DNA of 64,000 nt, from the NCBI GenBank assembly GCA_031414335.1, contig JANNVI010000044.1, positions 1,218-65,217 of the forward strand, read 5' to 3'. Every line of letters begins with the position of its first letter. The stretch's first letter is position 1. The position numbers and the translations under genes were made by a program. This DNA is from Gammaproteobacteria bacterium. GTDB taxonomy: Bacteria > Pseudomonadota > Gammaproteobacteria > Steroidobacterales > Steroidobacteraceae. Below the pieces are notes generated by a model. The model searched no databases. It was not told where the DNA came from and saw only the letters and a list, made by a program, of their open reading frames with translations. Positions 12,378-22,168 of this stretch are shown one piece after another.

Positions 12378-14465
12378 TCAGGCGGCGTCGACGTCCTTCA
12401 TCGACAGGCGCACCCGGCCCTGGCGGTCGACTTCCAGCACCTTGACGCGCACGGAATCGCCTTCCTTGAGCTTGTCGGACACGCGCTCGACCCGCTCGTT
12501 GGAAATCTGCGAGATATGTACCAGGCCATCGCGGCCCGGCAGGATGGTGACGAAGGCGCCGAAATCCATCAGCCGCGCCACTTTGCCTTCGTAGACCGTG
12601 CCGACTTCGACATCGGCGGTGATCAGCTCGACCCGGCGCAGCGCTTCACGGCCGGCAGCACCGCTGACCGACGCGATCTTGACGGTGCCATCGCTTTCGA
12701 TATCGATGGTGGTGCCGGTTTCCTCGGTGATGCCACGAATGACCGCACCGCCCTTGCCGATGACGTCGCGGATCTTCTCGGGGTCAATTTTCAGCGTGAT
12801 GATGCTCGGCGCGTAGTCCGACATCTTCTCGCGCGTCGTGGACAGGACTTTGTTCATCTCGCCGAGAATATGCAGGCGACCATCTTTGGCCTGCGCCAGC
12901 GCGACTTTCATGATCTCGGGCGTGATGCCTTCGACCTTGATATCCATCTGCAGCGCGGTAATACCTTCTTTGGTACCGGCTACCTTGAAATCCATGTCGC
13001 CGAGGTGGTCTTCGTCACCGAGGATGTCGGTGATGACTTTGTAGCGGCTGCCATCCAGCACCAGGCCCATTGCGACACCGGCCACCGGCGCCTTGAGCGG
13101 TACGCCCGCATCCATCATTGCCAGTGACGCGCCGCAGACCGACGCCATGGACGAGGAGCCATTGGACTCGAGGATTTCCGAGACGACCCGGATTACATAC
13201 GGGAACTTGGTCATATCGGGCATCACGGCCTTGACGCCGCGGCGTGCCAGGTTGCCGTGGCCGATTTCGCGGCGCTTGGGCGAACCCATCATGCCGGTTT
13301 CACCCACCGAGAACGGAGGGAAGTTGTAATGCATCATGAAGGGCTCGCGGCGCTCGCCTTCCAGCGCATCGATGATCTGTGAATCGCGGCTGGTACCCAG
13401 CGTCGTAACCACCAGCGCCTGGGTTTCGCCGCGCGTAAACAGCGCCGAACCGTGGGTACGCGGCAGGACGCCGGTCTTGACGGTGATCGGGCGTACGGTG
13501 AAGGCATCGCGACCGTCGATACGCGGCTCGCCGGTCAGGATTCGCTCGCGGACGATGTTGCTTTCGAGACGGAAGAACGCATCGCCAATCTGGTTGGCGG
13601 TGAATTTTGCGCCGTCGCCGCTCGCGAGCATGGCGATCACGGCTTTCTTGATTTCGCTGATCTTGGCGTAGCGTGCCTGCTTCTCCGTGATGCGATAGGC
13701 ATCCGATAACCCGGCGCGGGCCTGGCCGGATACGGCAACGTCAAGCTCGGCATGCGAACTGTCGGGTTTCCACTCGATGCGCGCCTTGCGCGCTTCGGCG
13801 GCGATTTCGTTGATCGCCTTGATCGCGACCTGCATCTCTTTGTGGCCGAAGACCACCGAACCTAACATGACTTCTTCCGACAGGCACTTGGCTTCGGACT
13901 CGACCATCAGCACCGCGTCCTTGGTGCCTGCGACCACGAGGTGCAGTTCCGACTCCGCCAGTTCGGCAGCCGACGGGTTCAGCAGATACTGGCCATTCTT
14001 GTAGCCAACGCGCGCCGCAGCGATCGGGCCGTTGAACGGCACGCCTGACAGCAGCAGCGCCGCCGACGAGCCTAACAAGGCGGGGACGTCGGCGTCGATC
14101 TGCGGGTCCAGCGACAGCACCGTGGCAACGACCTGCACGTCGTTGAAGAAACCATCCGGGAACAGCGGGCGGATCGGGCGATCGATCAGACGGGAGTAAA
14201 GGGTTTCTTTTTCCGTCGGCCGGCCTTCGCGCTTGAAGAAGCCGCCCGGGATGCGGCCGGCAGCGTAGGTCTTTTCCTGGTAATTGACCGTGAGCGGGAA
14301 AAAGTCGCGGCCGGGCACAGCGGTCTTGGCGACGCAGGCCGTGCACAGCACGACCGTGTCGCCCATGGAAACGAGCACCGATCCGGCGGCCTGGCGAGCA
14401 AGCTCGCCGGTCTGGATGGTGACCTGCTGTGAACCGAACTGGAACGTGCGGGAATGAACTGCCAC
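12378..14465 (-). CDS. pnp: polyribonucleotide nucleotidyltransferase (PNPase)
   Basis: 695 aa with a GTG start. Two RNase PH domains, then KH and S1 domains ([15 protein letters not shown]; [16 protein letters not shown]). Confidence 0.95.
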   Translation of the reverse strand: MAVHSRTFQFGSQQVTIQTGELARQAAGSVLVSMGDTVVLCTACVAKTAVPGRDFFPLTVNYQEKTYAAGRIPGGFFKREGRPTEKETLYSRLIDRPIRPLFPDGFFNDVQVVATVLSLDPQIDADVPALLGSSAALLLSGVPFNGPIAAARVGYKNGQYLLNPSAAELAESELHLVVAGTKDAVLMVESEAKCLSEEVMLGSVVFGHKEMQVAIKAINEIAAEARKARIEWKPDSSHAELDVAVSGQARAGLSDAYRITEKQARYAKISEIKKAVIAMLASGDGAKFTANQIGDAFFRLESNIVRERILTGEPRIDGRDAFTVRPITVKTGVLPRTHGSALFTRGETQALVVTTLGTSRDSQIIDALEGERREPFMMHYNFPPFSVGETGMMGSPKRREIGHGNLARRGVKAVMPDMTKFPYVIRVVSEILESNGSSSMASVCGASLAMMDAGVPLKAPVAGVAMGLVLDGSRYKVITDILGDEDHLGDMDFKVAGTKEGITALQMDIKVEGITPEIMKVALAQAKDGRLHILGEMNKVLSTTREKMSDYAPSIITLKIDPEKIRDVIGKGGAVIRGITEETGTTIDIESDGTVKIASVSGAAGREALRRVELITADVEVGTVYEGKVARLMDFGAFVTILPGRDGLVHISQISNERVERVSDKLKEGDSVRVKVLEVDRQGRVRLSMKDVDAA

Positions 14466-14508
14466 GTTAGGAATCCTTAAAGTTTTGGAAGCTGAAATAA
14501 ACGAAAGA

Positions 14509-14540
14509 CCGCGCCGTATTCTTTTTGAAGAATGGCGCGG
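14509..14540 (-). terminator. rpsO intrinsic terminator / pnp leader hairpin
   Basis: 13-bp interrupted stem (ccgcgcc..attctt / aagaat..ggcgcgg). On the minus strand it is followed by the U-rich tract tctttcgtttatttc. Confidence 0.65.
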
Positions 14541-14558
14541 ACTTTACTTTGCGTCGTG

Positions 14559-14828
14559 TTAGCGACGCAGACCCAGACGCTCGACAACGTCCTGATACTT
14601 TTCCGGCTTGGTAGCCTTCAGGTAGTCAAGAAGTTTGCGGCGCTGATTAACGAGTTTCACAAGACCGCGACGCGAAGCATGATCGCTTTTGTGGGCCGTG
14701 AAGTGGCCACCGAGGCCGTTGATGCGCTCCGACAAGAGTGCGATTTGCACTTCGGGCGAACCCGTGTCGTTAGGTGCGCGCTGAAATTGGGAGACCGATC
14801 CGGTCTTCTTTTCCGCGGACAATGTCAT
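14559..14828 (-). CDS. rpsO: 30S ribosomal protein S15
   Basis: 89 aa, ...[51 protein letters not shown]...RLGLRR. Confidence 0.97.
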   Translation of the reverse strand: MTLSAEKKTGSVSQFQRAPNDTGSPEVQIALLSERINGLGGHFTAHKSDHASRRGLVKLVNQRRKLLDYLKATKPEKYQDVVERLGLRR

Positions 14829-14870
14829 GTATCAAATTCCTAAAAATTTTATCTTGATTTGCGGGCGCGG

Positions 14871-14899
14871 ATTCTACCCGCAGGCGGCACCCGCCACAA
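14871..14899 (-). promoter_or_regulatory. candidate sigma70 promoter of rpsO
   Basis: Minus strand reads TTGTGG (14894-14899), a 17-nt spacer, then TAGAAT (14871-14876). Lies about 40 nt upstream of the rpsO ATG. Confidence 0.4.
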
Positions 14900-14926
14900 G
14901 CCCAAATTCTTTTTATAAACAGAGAC

Positions 14927-15823
14927 TTACGGTAAAGGCTGGGTAAACATCCTTTGCGGACGGATGATTGCGCCCGAATCCGGCGCCAAACTCTCCACGT
15001 GGCCGAGGCCCAGCCCGAGGCCAGCCTCATCCTGCAACCAGCAGGTGCCCGCTGCCGCTCCCAGCCGGCTGATGGTCTGTCCCTGCAGCAGCCGGCGTGC
15101 TTCCGCGACATTCAGCATCAGCCTGGGCATCAAAGGCAGGGCTGTCGAGGTCGCCAGGAGAAAATCGAGGCTGTTGGCCGCGAGCGCACCCGCGATCTCC
15201 CCGAGCTGCCACATCCGCAGGCCCTGAAAGGGCTCGACCCAGTCGCGGCGCAGCGCGATCAGGTGACCGCAACTGCCCAGGGCGCGAGCGATGTCCTCGC
15301 CCAGCACCCGGACATAGGTGCCCTTGCTGCAGCTAACAAAAAGTTCCAGAACCGCGCCGCTGACCTGCGTGCATTGCAGCTGGTCGATGCGGATGTTGCG
15401 CGGCTCGCGTTCGACCGTCTGTCCCTTGCGCGCCAGCCGATAGAGCGGCTGGCCGCCCTTCTTGATCGCCGAAAACATCGGTGGGACCTGAGTCTGCGGC
15501 CCAGTCATGCCTGCCAGAGCGTTGTTGACGGTCGCCAGGTCCAGCTGCGGCACCGGCAGGCGCTCGACAATGGCGCCCTCGGCGTCGCCCGTGGCGCTGC
15601 GTGCGCCCAGCAACAGCGTAAAGCGATAGCTCTTGTCGTGGCTTGCGACCAGGCCCGCGATCTTGGTCGCCTCGCCGAGGCAGACCGGCAGCATGCCGGT
15701 CGCCAGTGGGTCCAGGCTGCCGACATGCCCGGCGCGGGCCGCGCCGCACAGTTTCCGGACCCTGTCAGTTGCGCTGTGCGACGACAATCCCAGCGGCTTG
15801 TCGAGCAGGACTAGGCCATCCAT
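14927..15823 (-). CDS. truB: tRNA pseudouridine(55) synthase
   Basis: 298 aa with GLVLLDKPLGLSSH, the catalytic Asp region GHVGSLDPLATG, and CSKGTYVR. Confidence 0.95.
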   Translation of the reverse strand: MDGLVLLDKPLGLSSHSATDRVRKLCGAARAGHVGSLDPLATGMLPVCLGEATKIAGLVASHDKSYRFTLLLGARSATGDAEGAIVERLPVPQLDLATVNNALAGMTGPQTQVPPMFSAIKKGGQPLYRLARKGQTVEREPRNIRIDQLQCTQVSGAVLELFVSCSKGTYVRVLGEDIARALGSCGHLIALRRDWVEPFQGLRMWQLGEIAGALAANSLDFLLATSTALPLMPRLMLNVAEARRLLQGQTISRLGAAAGTCWLQDEAGLGLGLGHVESLAPDSGAIIRPQRMFTQPLP

Positions 15824-15852
15824 AACGGGCCATCCATAGCGCGCGGGCCGGA

Positions 15853-16254
15853 TCAGTCGTCGCGATGCTTGACGCGGTCCTGACGTACCGCGCCATCGAT
15901 CAATTCGGACAACTCGAGCGCCCGTACCAGGCTGTCGTCGTAGAGAAATTCCAGTCGTGGCGCGTGCCGCAATTCGAGCCGCTGCCCGACTTCGCGGCGC
16001 AGAAAACCGCTGGCGTTGGCAAGGCCGACCGCCACTTCCTCGGGTGAATGCGCTTTGCCAAAGGGCACAAAGAAGATCTGCGCGACCGACATATCGGGCG
16101 CAACCGTCACCGAGGTCAGCGTGACGTTGCCGACCCGCGGATCCTTGACCTCGCGCCGCAGCAGCTCAGCTAACACGCGCTGCAATTCGGCCTCGACGCG
16201 CATCAACCGTTGGCTGCGCGCCTGCGGCCCCTGGGTACGACTGCGCTTAACCAT
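15853..16254 (-). CDS. rbfA: ribosome-binding factor A
   Basis: 133 aa with [31 protein letters not shown]. Sits between infB and truB. Confidence 0.93.
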   Translation of the reverse strand: MVKRSRTQGPQARSQRLMRVEAELQRVLAELLRREVKDPRVGNVTLTSVTVAPDMSVAQIFFVPFGKAHSPEEVAVGLANASGFLRREVGQRLELRHAPRLEFLYDDSLVRALELSELIDGAVRQDRVKHRDD

Positions 16255-18817
16255 TCAGGGTGCGCGCAACCTCGACGCGGGAAAAACACTCGATCTGGTC
16301 GCCAACACGCACATCCTGGTAGTTTTTCACGCCAATGCCACACTCGGTGCCGGCCCGGACTTCGTTAGCTTCGTCCTTGAAGCGGCGCAGCGATTCCAGC
16401 TGGCCTTCGAAAATCACTACGTTGTCGCGCAGCACGCGGATCGGGTTATTGCGCTTGACGAAGCCCTCGCTGACCAGGCAGCCGGCGATCAGGCCGATCT
16501 TGCTGGAACGGAACACTTCGCGCACCAGTGCCGTGCCGACGATGGACTCGCGCACTTCCGGCGCCAGCATGCCCGTCATGCGTTGCTTCACGTCATCGAT
16601 GGCTTCATAAATGATGCTGAAGTAGCGGATCTCGACGCCGGTCTCCTTGACAGCATCGCGGGCCGCGGCATCCGCGCGCGTGTTGAAACCGATGACCAGG
16701 GCGCGCGATGCCGCAGCAAGCTGCACGTCCGAGGCCGTGATACCGCCAACACCGCTCGCGATCACCTTGACCTGGACTTCATCGGTCGACAGCTTGTTGA
16801 GCGCCTCGCGCAGTGCCTCGGCGCTGCCCTGCACATCGGTCTTGAGCAGCACATTGACCATGCCCGCCTTGGCCTCGCCCATTTGCGAGAACACGTCCTG
16901 GGCGCTGGTGGTCGCTTTCGCCAGTTTGACGTCGCGGAACTTGCCCTGCCGGTAGAGCGCGACTTCACGCGCCTTGCGGTCGCTTTCGACCGCCAGCAAT
17001 TCATCACCCGCGTTAGGCGAGGCCTGCAGACCCAGCATCACGACCGGCATGGATGGCGCCGCTTCCTGAACCGCCTTGCCGTGCTCATCGAACAGCGCGC
17101 GCACGCGACCGTACTCGTGGCCGACGATGATCGGGTCGCCTACCTTCAGCGTGCCTTTCTTGATCAGCAACGTGGCAACCGGGCCGCGCCCTTTTTCGAT
17201 GCTCGACTCGACCACGATACCGGATGCGAGACCGCCCTTGGGCGCCCTCAGCTCCATCACCTCGGCCTGCAGCAACAGCGAATCCAGCAGCTGCTCGACG
17301 CCCTGGCCGGTGCGCGCCGAGACATTTACAAAAATGCTCTGACCGCCCCATTCTTCCGGGATAACTTCATATTTCGCCAATTCCTGCCGCACGCGATCCG
17401 GGTCCGCATCGCCCTTGTCGATCTTGTTGACCGCAACGACTATGGGAACGCCCGCTGCCTTGGCATGCTGAATGGCCTCGATGGTCTGTGGCATGACGCC
17501 ATCGTCCGCCGCCACGACCAGCACCACGATGTCGGTGGCCTTGGCGCCGCGGGCGCGCATGGCCGTGAACGCTTCGTGGCCCGGCGTATCGAGGAAAGTC
17601 ACTTTGCCCTTCGGGGTAACCACGTGATAGGCGCCGATGTGCTGGGTGATGCCGCCGGCTTCGCCTGACGCGACCTTGGTGCTGCGGATGTAATCTAACA
17701 ATGATGTCTTGCCATGATCGACGTGGCCCATGACGGTCACGACCGGCGGACGCGCTTCGTATTCCGCCTCCGGAATCGACATGCCCTGCAGATCGGCGTC
17801 GAGCTGGTCTTCCTTCAGCGCAATTGCCGCATGACCCATCTCCTCGGCCACCAGCATCGCGGTGTCCTGGTCAATAGGCTGGTTGATGGTCGCCATCACG
17901 CCCATCTTCATCATGGCCTTGATGACTTCGGTCGCCTTGACCGCCATCTTCTGCGCCAGTTCCTGCGGCGTGATGGTTTCGCCTATGGTTACTTCGCGCA
18001 AAACCGGGGCGGTGGGCATTTCGAACGCGTGCTTGCTGTCCACGCCGACGGGAACCTTGCGATCGCGAACCTTCTTCTTCTTCTTGAAGCGCGAGCTGAC
18101 ATCGCCCTGCACATGCAGTTCGGCGCGGCCGTAACGCGTGCCGTCTTTCTTGTTGCGGTCGGCATCCGCCTCGTCCTTGCGAGCCGGCGCCTTGGCGGCC
18201 GGAGCGTCGGTGGCCTTTCTCGGTTTCGAATCGCGCTCGGACAGTTCGCGTTGTACCTGGACCTCGGCGGCTCGACGCGCCTCTTCAGCGGCCTTGCGAG
18301 AATTCGCCTCTTCTTCAATACGCCTGCGGTTCTCCTGATCGATGCGTTCCGCCTCGCGACGTTCATGCTCCTGGCGTTCGCGGTCGGCGCGTGCCGACTC
18401 CTCGAGTTCCTTCAAACGCTGATCCGAGGCTCCCTGCTGTACCTGCGCCTGCTGCTGCAGCACATCGCGCTTGACATAGGTTTTCTTGGAGCGAACTTCG
18501 ATGTTGACCGTGCGCTGGCGGCCGGCGGCGCCGGCGACCCGCACTTCGGATTGCTGCTTGCGCTGCAAGGTAATCTTCGGCGGCGCAGCGGCACCACCCA
18601 TGACCGGCTTACTACCGGCAGGCGCGGGCGGCGCCGCAGTTGCGCCGCCTGGACTATGGCTGCGACGCAAGTGCGTCAGCAATTCCATCTTGGCTTCGTC
18701 GCTGATGCGGTCGTCCGGCCCCAGTACCGTGATGCCGGCCTGCGCCAGCTGCGCGATCAAACGGTCGACCGGCACTTTCAGCACGTCGGCAAATTGGGCA
18801 ATCGTTACTTCGCTCAT
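16247..18817 (-). CDS. infB: translation initiation factor IF-2
   Basis: 856 aa. G-domain [51 protein letters not shown]. Confidence 0.97.
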   Translation of the reverse strand: MSEVTIAQFADVLKVPVDRLIAQLAQAGITVLGPDDRISDEAKMELLTHLRRSHSPGGATAAPPAPAGSKPVMGGAAAPPKITLQRKQQSEVRVAGAAGRQRTVNIEVRSKKTYVKRDVLQQQAQVQQGASDQRLKELEESARADRERQEHERREAERIDQENRRRIEEEANSRKAAEEARRAAEVQVQRELSERDSKPRKATDAPAAKAPARKDEADADRNKKDGTRYGRAELHVQGDVSSRFKKKKKVRDRKVPVGVDSKHAFEMPTAPVLREVTIGETITPQELAQKMAVKATEVIKAMMKMGVMATINQPIDQDTAMLVAEEMGHAAIALKEDQLDADLQGMSIPEAEYEARPPVVTVMGHVDHGKTSLLDYIRSTKVASGEAGGITQHIGAYHVVTPKGKVTFLDTPGHEAFTAMRARGAKATDIVVLVVAADDGVMPQTIEAIQHAKAAGVPIVVAVNKIDKGDADPDRVRQELAKYEVIPEEWGGQSIFVNVSARTGQGVEQLLDSLLLQAEVMELRAPKGGLASGIVVESSIEKGRGPVATLLIKKGTLKVGDPIIVGHEYGRVRALFDEHGKAVQEAAPSMPVVMLGLQASPNAGDELLAVESDRKAREVALYRQGKFRDVKLAKATTSAQDVFSQMGEAKAGMVNVLLKTDVQGSAEALREALNKLSTDEVQVKVIASGVGGITASDVQLAAASRALVIGFNTRADAAARDAVKETGVEIRYFSIIYEAIDDVKQRMTGMLAPEVRESIVGTALVREVFRSSKIGLIAGCLVSEGFVKRNNPIRVLRDNVVIFEGQLESLRRFKDEANEVRAGTECGIGVKNYQDVRVGDQIECFSRVEVARTLNG

Positions 18818-18846
18818 CAGTTAAACCTCTGCACGGTACCGCAGCT

Positions 18847-20355
18847 TCAAGCCTTGGCTTCAGTGAACCAATGCTCGCGCGCCTTCATGATCAGCTTGCC
18901 GGCTTCTTCCGCCGTCAGACCCTGGATATCTAACAAATCGTCGACCGCCTGCTCCGCCAGGTCCTCGCGCGTGCGCACACCACGCCGCGCCAGCGCCAGC
19001 GCGAGGTCCGGCTGCATGCCTTCGAGCAGCAGCAGGTCGTCGGCCGGCAGCTGGTTATCAAGCGTTTCCTCGCTCGCGATCGCCTGCGTCAACAGCACGT
19101 CGCGGGCGCGATTGCGAAGTTCGCCGACCATGGTCTCGTCAAACTCTTCGATCGCATTCAGCTCAGCCTGCGGCACGTAGGCAATTTCCTCGATCGAAGA
19201 AAAGCCTTCCTGCACCAGGATCGCCGCGACGTCCTGGTCGACATCGAGCTGCTTCATGAAATTCTCGATCAGCGAACGGGACTCGGTTTCGCTCTTGGCT
19301 TCGGCGTCCGTTTCCGTCATGACGTTCAGATCCCAGCCTGTAAGCTGGCTGGCGAGCCGGATATTCTGACCGCCGCGGCCGATGGCCTGGGACAGTTTGT
19401 CTTCGGCAACAGCGATATCCATGCTGTGCGATTCTTCATCGACGACGATGGAGATAACTTCCGCGGGCGACATCGCATTGATGACAAACTGCGCTGGATT
19501 GTCGTCATGCGGGATGATGTCGACGCGCTCACCGGCAATTTCGTTAGAGACCGCCTGCACGCGCGAGCCACGCATGCCGACACAAGCGCCCACCGGATCG
19601 ATGCGGTTGTCGGAGCTGCGCACCGCGATCTTGGCGCGCACGCCCGGATCGCGCGCCGCACCCAGGATCTGGATGGTGCCCGCACCGACTTCCGGCACTT
19701 CGAGTTTGAAAAGCTCGACCAGGAACTCGGGCGCCGAACGCGTCAGAAATAACTGTGGGCCGCGCGGCTCGGGGCGTACCTCTTTGAGATAGGCCTTGAT
19801 GCGATCCTGCGGCTTGACCATTTCGCGCGCGATCATGTCGGTGCGCGACACAAAGCCTTCGGCATTGCTGCCGAGATCGACATAGATGCCGTTGCGATCG
19901 ATGCGCTTGACGATGCCGCTGACCAGCTGACCGACGCGATCCTTGTACGCATCGATTACCTGGGTCCGCTCGGCCTCGCGCACTTTCTGCACGATGACCT
20001 GCTTGGCCTGCTGCGCTGCGATGCGGCCGAACAGGATCGAATCCATCGGCTCCTCGACAAAGCCGCCGATTTCCGCCTTCGGATCAACATCGAGCCCGTC
20101 TTCGAGACGCAATTCGCGGGCCGGCGTTTCCATTTCGCGGGAATCGTCGGCGAAGACTTTCCAGCGGCGGAAGGTACTGTAGTCGCCGGTCTTGCGGTTG
20201 ATTGAAACCCTGACATCCCATTCTTCGGCGGCGTCACCCTGTTTCTTGCGGGTAGCCGAAGCCAGCGCCGCCTCCAGGGCTTCGAAAATAATTTCCTTGT
20301 CGACGCCCTTCTCGTTAGAGACCGCGTCCACCACCATCAGGATTTCCTTGTTCAT
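18847..20355 (-). CDS. nusA: transcription termination/antitermination factor NusA
   Basis: 502 aa with S1 and KH domains (GACVGMRGSRVQAVSNEIAGERVDI; QAIGRGGQNIRLASQLTGW) and C-terminal acidic repeats. Confidence 0.96.
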   Translation of the reverse strand: MNKEILMVVDAVSNEKGVDKEIIFEALEAALASATRKKQGDAAEEWDVRVSINRKTGDYSTFRRWKVFADDSREMETPARELRLEDGLDVDPKAEIGGFVEEPMDSILFGRIAAQQAKQVIVQKVREAERTQVIDAYKDRVGQLVSGIVKRIDRNGIYVDLGSNAEGFVSRTDMIAREMVKPQDRIKAYLKEVRPEPRGPQLFLTRSAPEFLVELFKLEVPEVGAGTIQILGAARDPGVRAKIAVRSSDNRIDPVGACVGMRGSRVQAVSNEIAGERVDIIPHDDNPAQFVINAMSPAEVISIVVDEESHSMDIAVAEDKLSQAIGRGGQNIRLASQLTGWDLNVMTETDAEAKSETESRSLIENFMKQLDVDQDVAAILVQEGFSSIEEIAYVPQAELNAIEEFDETMVGELRNRARDVLLTQAIASEETLDNQLPADDLLLLEGMQPDLALALARRGVRTREDLAEQAVDDLLDIQGLTAEEAGKLIMKAREHWFTEAKA

Positions 20356-20378
20356 CGCCAGTCGTCCTCCAACCGCGC

Positions 20379-20852
20379 TTACATTGCAAGCCGCGATTTA
20401 CTTATCTCGGCAAAAGGCAGCGACACCTTCTGACCGTCCACTTCAATTTCAATGCCCGACTCGCTCACTGTCTGCAGCGTGCCCGTATACCGGCGGCGCC
20501 CATCGCGCGCACCTGCCAGCTCAACCTTGATCCGCGAACCCGCGAACCGTTCGTAATGCGCGTGCGTGCGCAGCAATCGATCAAACCCTGGCGAGGACAC
20601 CTCGAGCGAATACGCGCCCGGTATGGGGTCCTCGACATCTAACAAAGCCGACACCTCGCGGCTCACTTTCTCGCAATCGTCCACACTCACATGGCGGCCG
20701 GCATCGGCCAGCGTGTCGACAAAGATCCGCAGCACGCCCTCGCGCCGGCCCGGAACCCACTCGATTTCAACCAGCTCCAGGCCCAGCGACACGACCAGCG
20801 GCTCGATCAAAGCCGTCAGGCGGGCGCGCTGCGTGGTCAGCTGATCCGTCAC
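20379..20852 (-). CDS. rimP: ribosome maturation factor RimP
   Basis: 157 aa with a GTG start. LELVEIEW...LRIFVD...VSVDDCEKVSREVSALLDVEDPIPGAYSLEVSSPG. Confidence 0.92.
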   Translation of the reverse strand: MTDQLTTQRARLTALIEPLVVSLGLELVEIEWVPGRREGVLRIFVDTLADAGRHVSVDDCEKVSREVSALLDVEDPIPGAYSLEVSSPGFDRLLRTHAHYERFAGSRIKVELAGARDGRRRYTGTLQTVSESGIEIEVDGQKVSLPFAEISKSRLAM

Positions 20853-20865
20853 AAAAACCTCGTCT

Positions 20866-20894
20866 ACAAAAGAAAAAAGGGCCTTCCAGCCCTT
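20866..20894 (-). terminator. intrinsic terminator-like hairpin in the rimP leader (proximal)
   Basis: Stem aagggc/gccctt (20877-20882 with 20889-20894). On the minus strand it is followed by a T-tract (+ strand A-run about 20866-20876). Lies 14 nt upstream of the rimP GTG. Confidence 0.5.
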
Positions 20895-20925
20895 CTTACC
20901 CAGCGATTTCTGGCCCGGCCAGGGT

Positions 20926-20955
20926 CAGAAAAAATAAAAGCCCCTCGGGGGGCTT
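20926..20955 (-). terminator. intrinsic terminator-like hairpin in the rimP leader (distal)
   Basis: Stem aagcccc/ggggctt (20938-20944 with 20949-20955). On the minus strand it is followed by ttttattttttc. Confidence 0.5.
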
Positions 20956-21177
20956 AATTAAATCAAGCACTTACGACGGTTTCTTCATCTGAAACGGTCA
21001 CCTGTGAGTCCGAGGCGGCCTCGCGGGCGGCGCATATTATGCGAATTCCGCTCCAAGCTCAATTGGAACCCGCCAATCCGGACGGCCGATTTGGACAGCC
21101 CGTGCCCTGACGATTGACCACAGGTGCGCCGCAGGCGCAGCGTGCCACACCCAACCACATGACACGGGGAATTCTGC

Positions 21178-22146
21178 ATGGAACGTCGCGATTTTCTGAT
21201 GACCGGAACCTTGGCCCTGGGCCTGAGCCCCGCGGTTGGCAGCTTGGCGTCAGCCAAGGCGACCAAGGCAATGCCACCGAGCCTCAAGGGCCCGTACCTC
21301 GATCTAACAACCGGCAAGGGCAACATGCTGGCGATGGCGCGTATCGACGCCAACCTCGATGAAACCAAGGTCAAGTACGGCAGCGCAACCGGCATGGTTG
21401 CCGGCGTACGTGATGGCGAACCGCTGCGTGATCTGTTTGGTTTTGAAGTGGTGTCTGCGGGCCGGGCCTGGAAACAGCCGGACGGCAGCTTCCGAATCCT
21501 GCACCGCGAGACGGTGCTGTATACCGACCCGCGCAGCGGCGAAGTGCTAACAGAATACCAGAACCCCTACAACAACGAAAAAGTGCGGGTGGTCGATGTC
21601 GTCAATGACCCGTGGAATGAATACATCGAGGAATTCAAGCCCCGCCCGCCGTCGTACGGCGGAATGAACAAGAACACCGACGTGCCGCGTGAACCGCTGA
21701 TCCTGCCGTGGCGCGAAGTGGCCGGTGGCATGGCGTCGATGGAGCGGCATATACACCTGTACTACCCCGCGGCCCTGACACCTGAGAAGTGGCCGCGCGA
21801 AAGTGCCGGCCGGATGAATCGGGTCAGCGAGTTGTTCACCTACAATGTGTCGATCGCCGACCTGCAGAACCCGAAGAAGACCACGATCGAACACAGCGGC
21901 ACATGGGTACGCGTGACGCCCTGGCTGCCGTGGATGCTGATGGGCCAGGCGCCGGGGCATTGCCTGTACCATTCGACCGTCAATTCCTTCAATGAAATCG
22001 ACGGCTTCAAACCTAACATCCTGAGCTACATGCAGAAGGCGCACCCGGAGATGCTGGAGCCGCCGCCGGAAGAATCCTGGTCGAAGCCGAACCTGTCGAG
22101 CCTCGAGGTCTACGCGCGCGATCAGAACCCGGCGCCGATCAAGTAA
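21178..22146 (+). CDS. hypothetical exported protein with a twin-arginine (Tat) signal
   Basis: 322 aa. The N-terminus MERRDFLMTGTLALGLSPAVGSLASA fits an S/T-RRxFL Tat signal. I do not securely recognise a family (possibly DUF1838-like). Confidence 0.6.
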   Translation: MERRDFLMTGTLALGLSPAVGSLASAKATKAMPPSLKGPYLDLTTGKGNMLAMARIDANLDETKVKYGSATGMVAGVRDGEPLRDLFGFEVVSAGRAWKQPDGSFRILHRETVLYTDPRSGEVLTEYQNPYNNEKVRVVDVVNDPWNEYIEEFKPRPPSYGGMNKNTDVPREPLILPWREVAGGMASMERHIHLYYPAALTPEKWPRESAGRMNRVSELFTYNVSIADLQNPKKTTIEHSGTWVRVTPWLPWMLMGQAPGHCLYHSTVNSFNEIDGFKPNILSYMQKAHPEMLEPPPEESWSKPNLSSLEVYARDQNPAPIK

Positions 22147-22168
22147 TAAGTCCGCGCTGGCGTGCTGG

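Noticed and set aside
16016-17668. Very long + strand ORFs opposite conserved genes, for example 16016..17668 (550 aa, opposite infB), 17714..19180, 38994..40940 (648 aa, opposite nuoG/nuoF), 47045..48322, 5848..6732 and 252..788.
   Set aside because: They lie entirely antisense to strongly conserved genes. They are Arg/Ala/Gly/Pro-rich low-complexity translations typical of shadow ORFs in GC-rich DNA, and they show no recognisable motifs.
21061-21120. A possible att-like repeat of the tRNA-fMet 3' end at the far side of the accessory block (gatttggac versus gatttgaac).
   Set aside because: Only about 8 of 9 matching bases with no extended identity, which is indistinguishable from chance.
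20985-21395. 136-aa minus-strand ORF in the rimP upstream region that overlaps the start of the + strand Tat-signal gene.
   Set aside because: It has no RBS, its composition is Arg/Pro/Leu-rich and shadow-like, and it overlaps a better-supported gene. I treat the region as non-coding leader or promoter.
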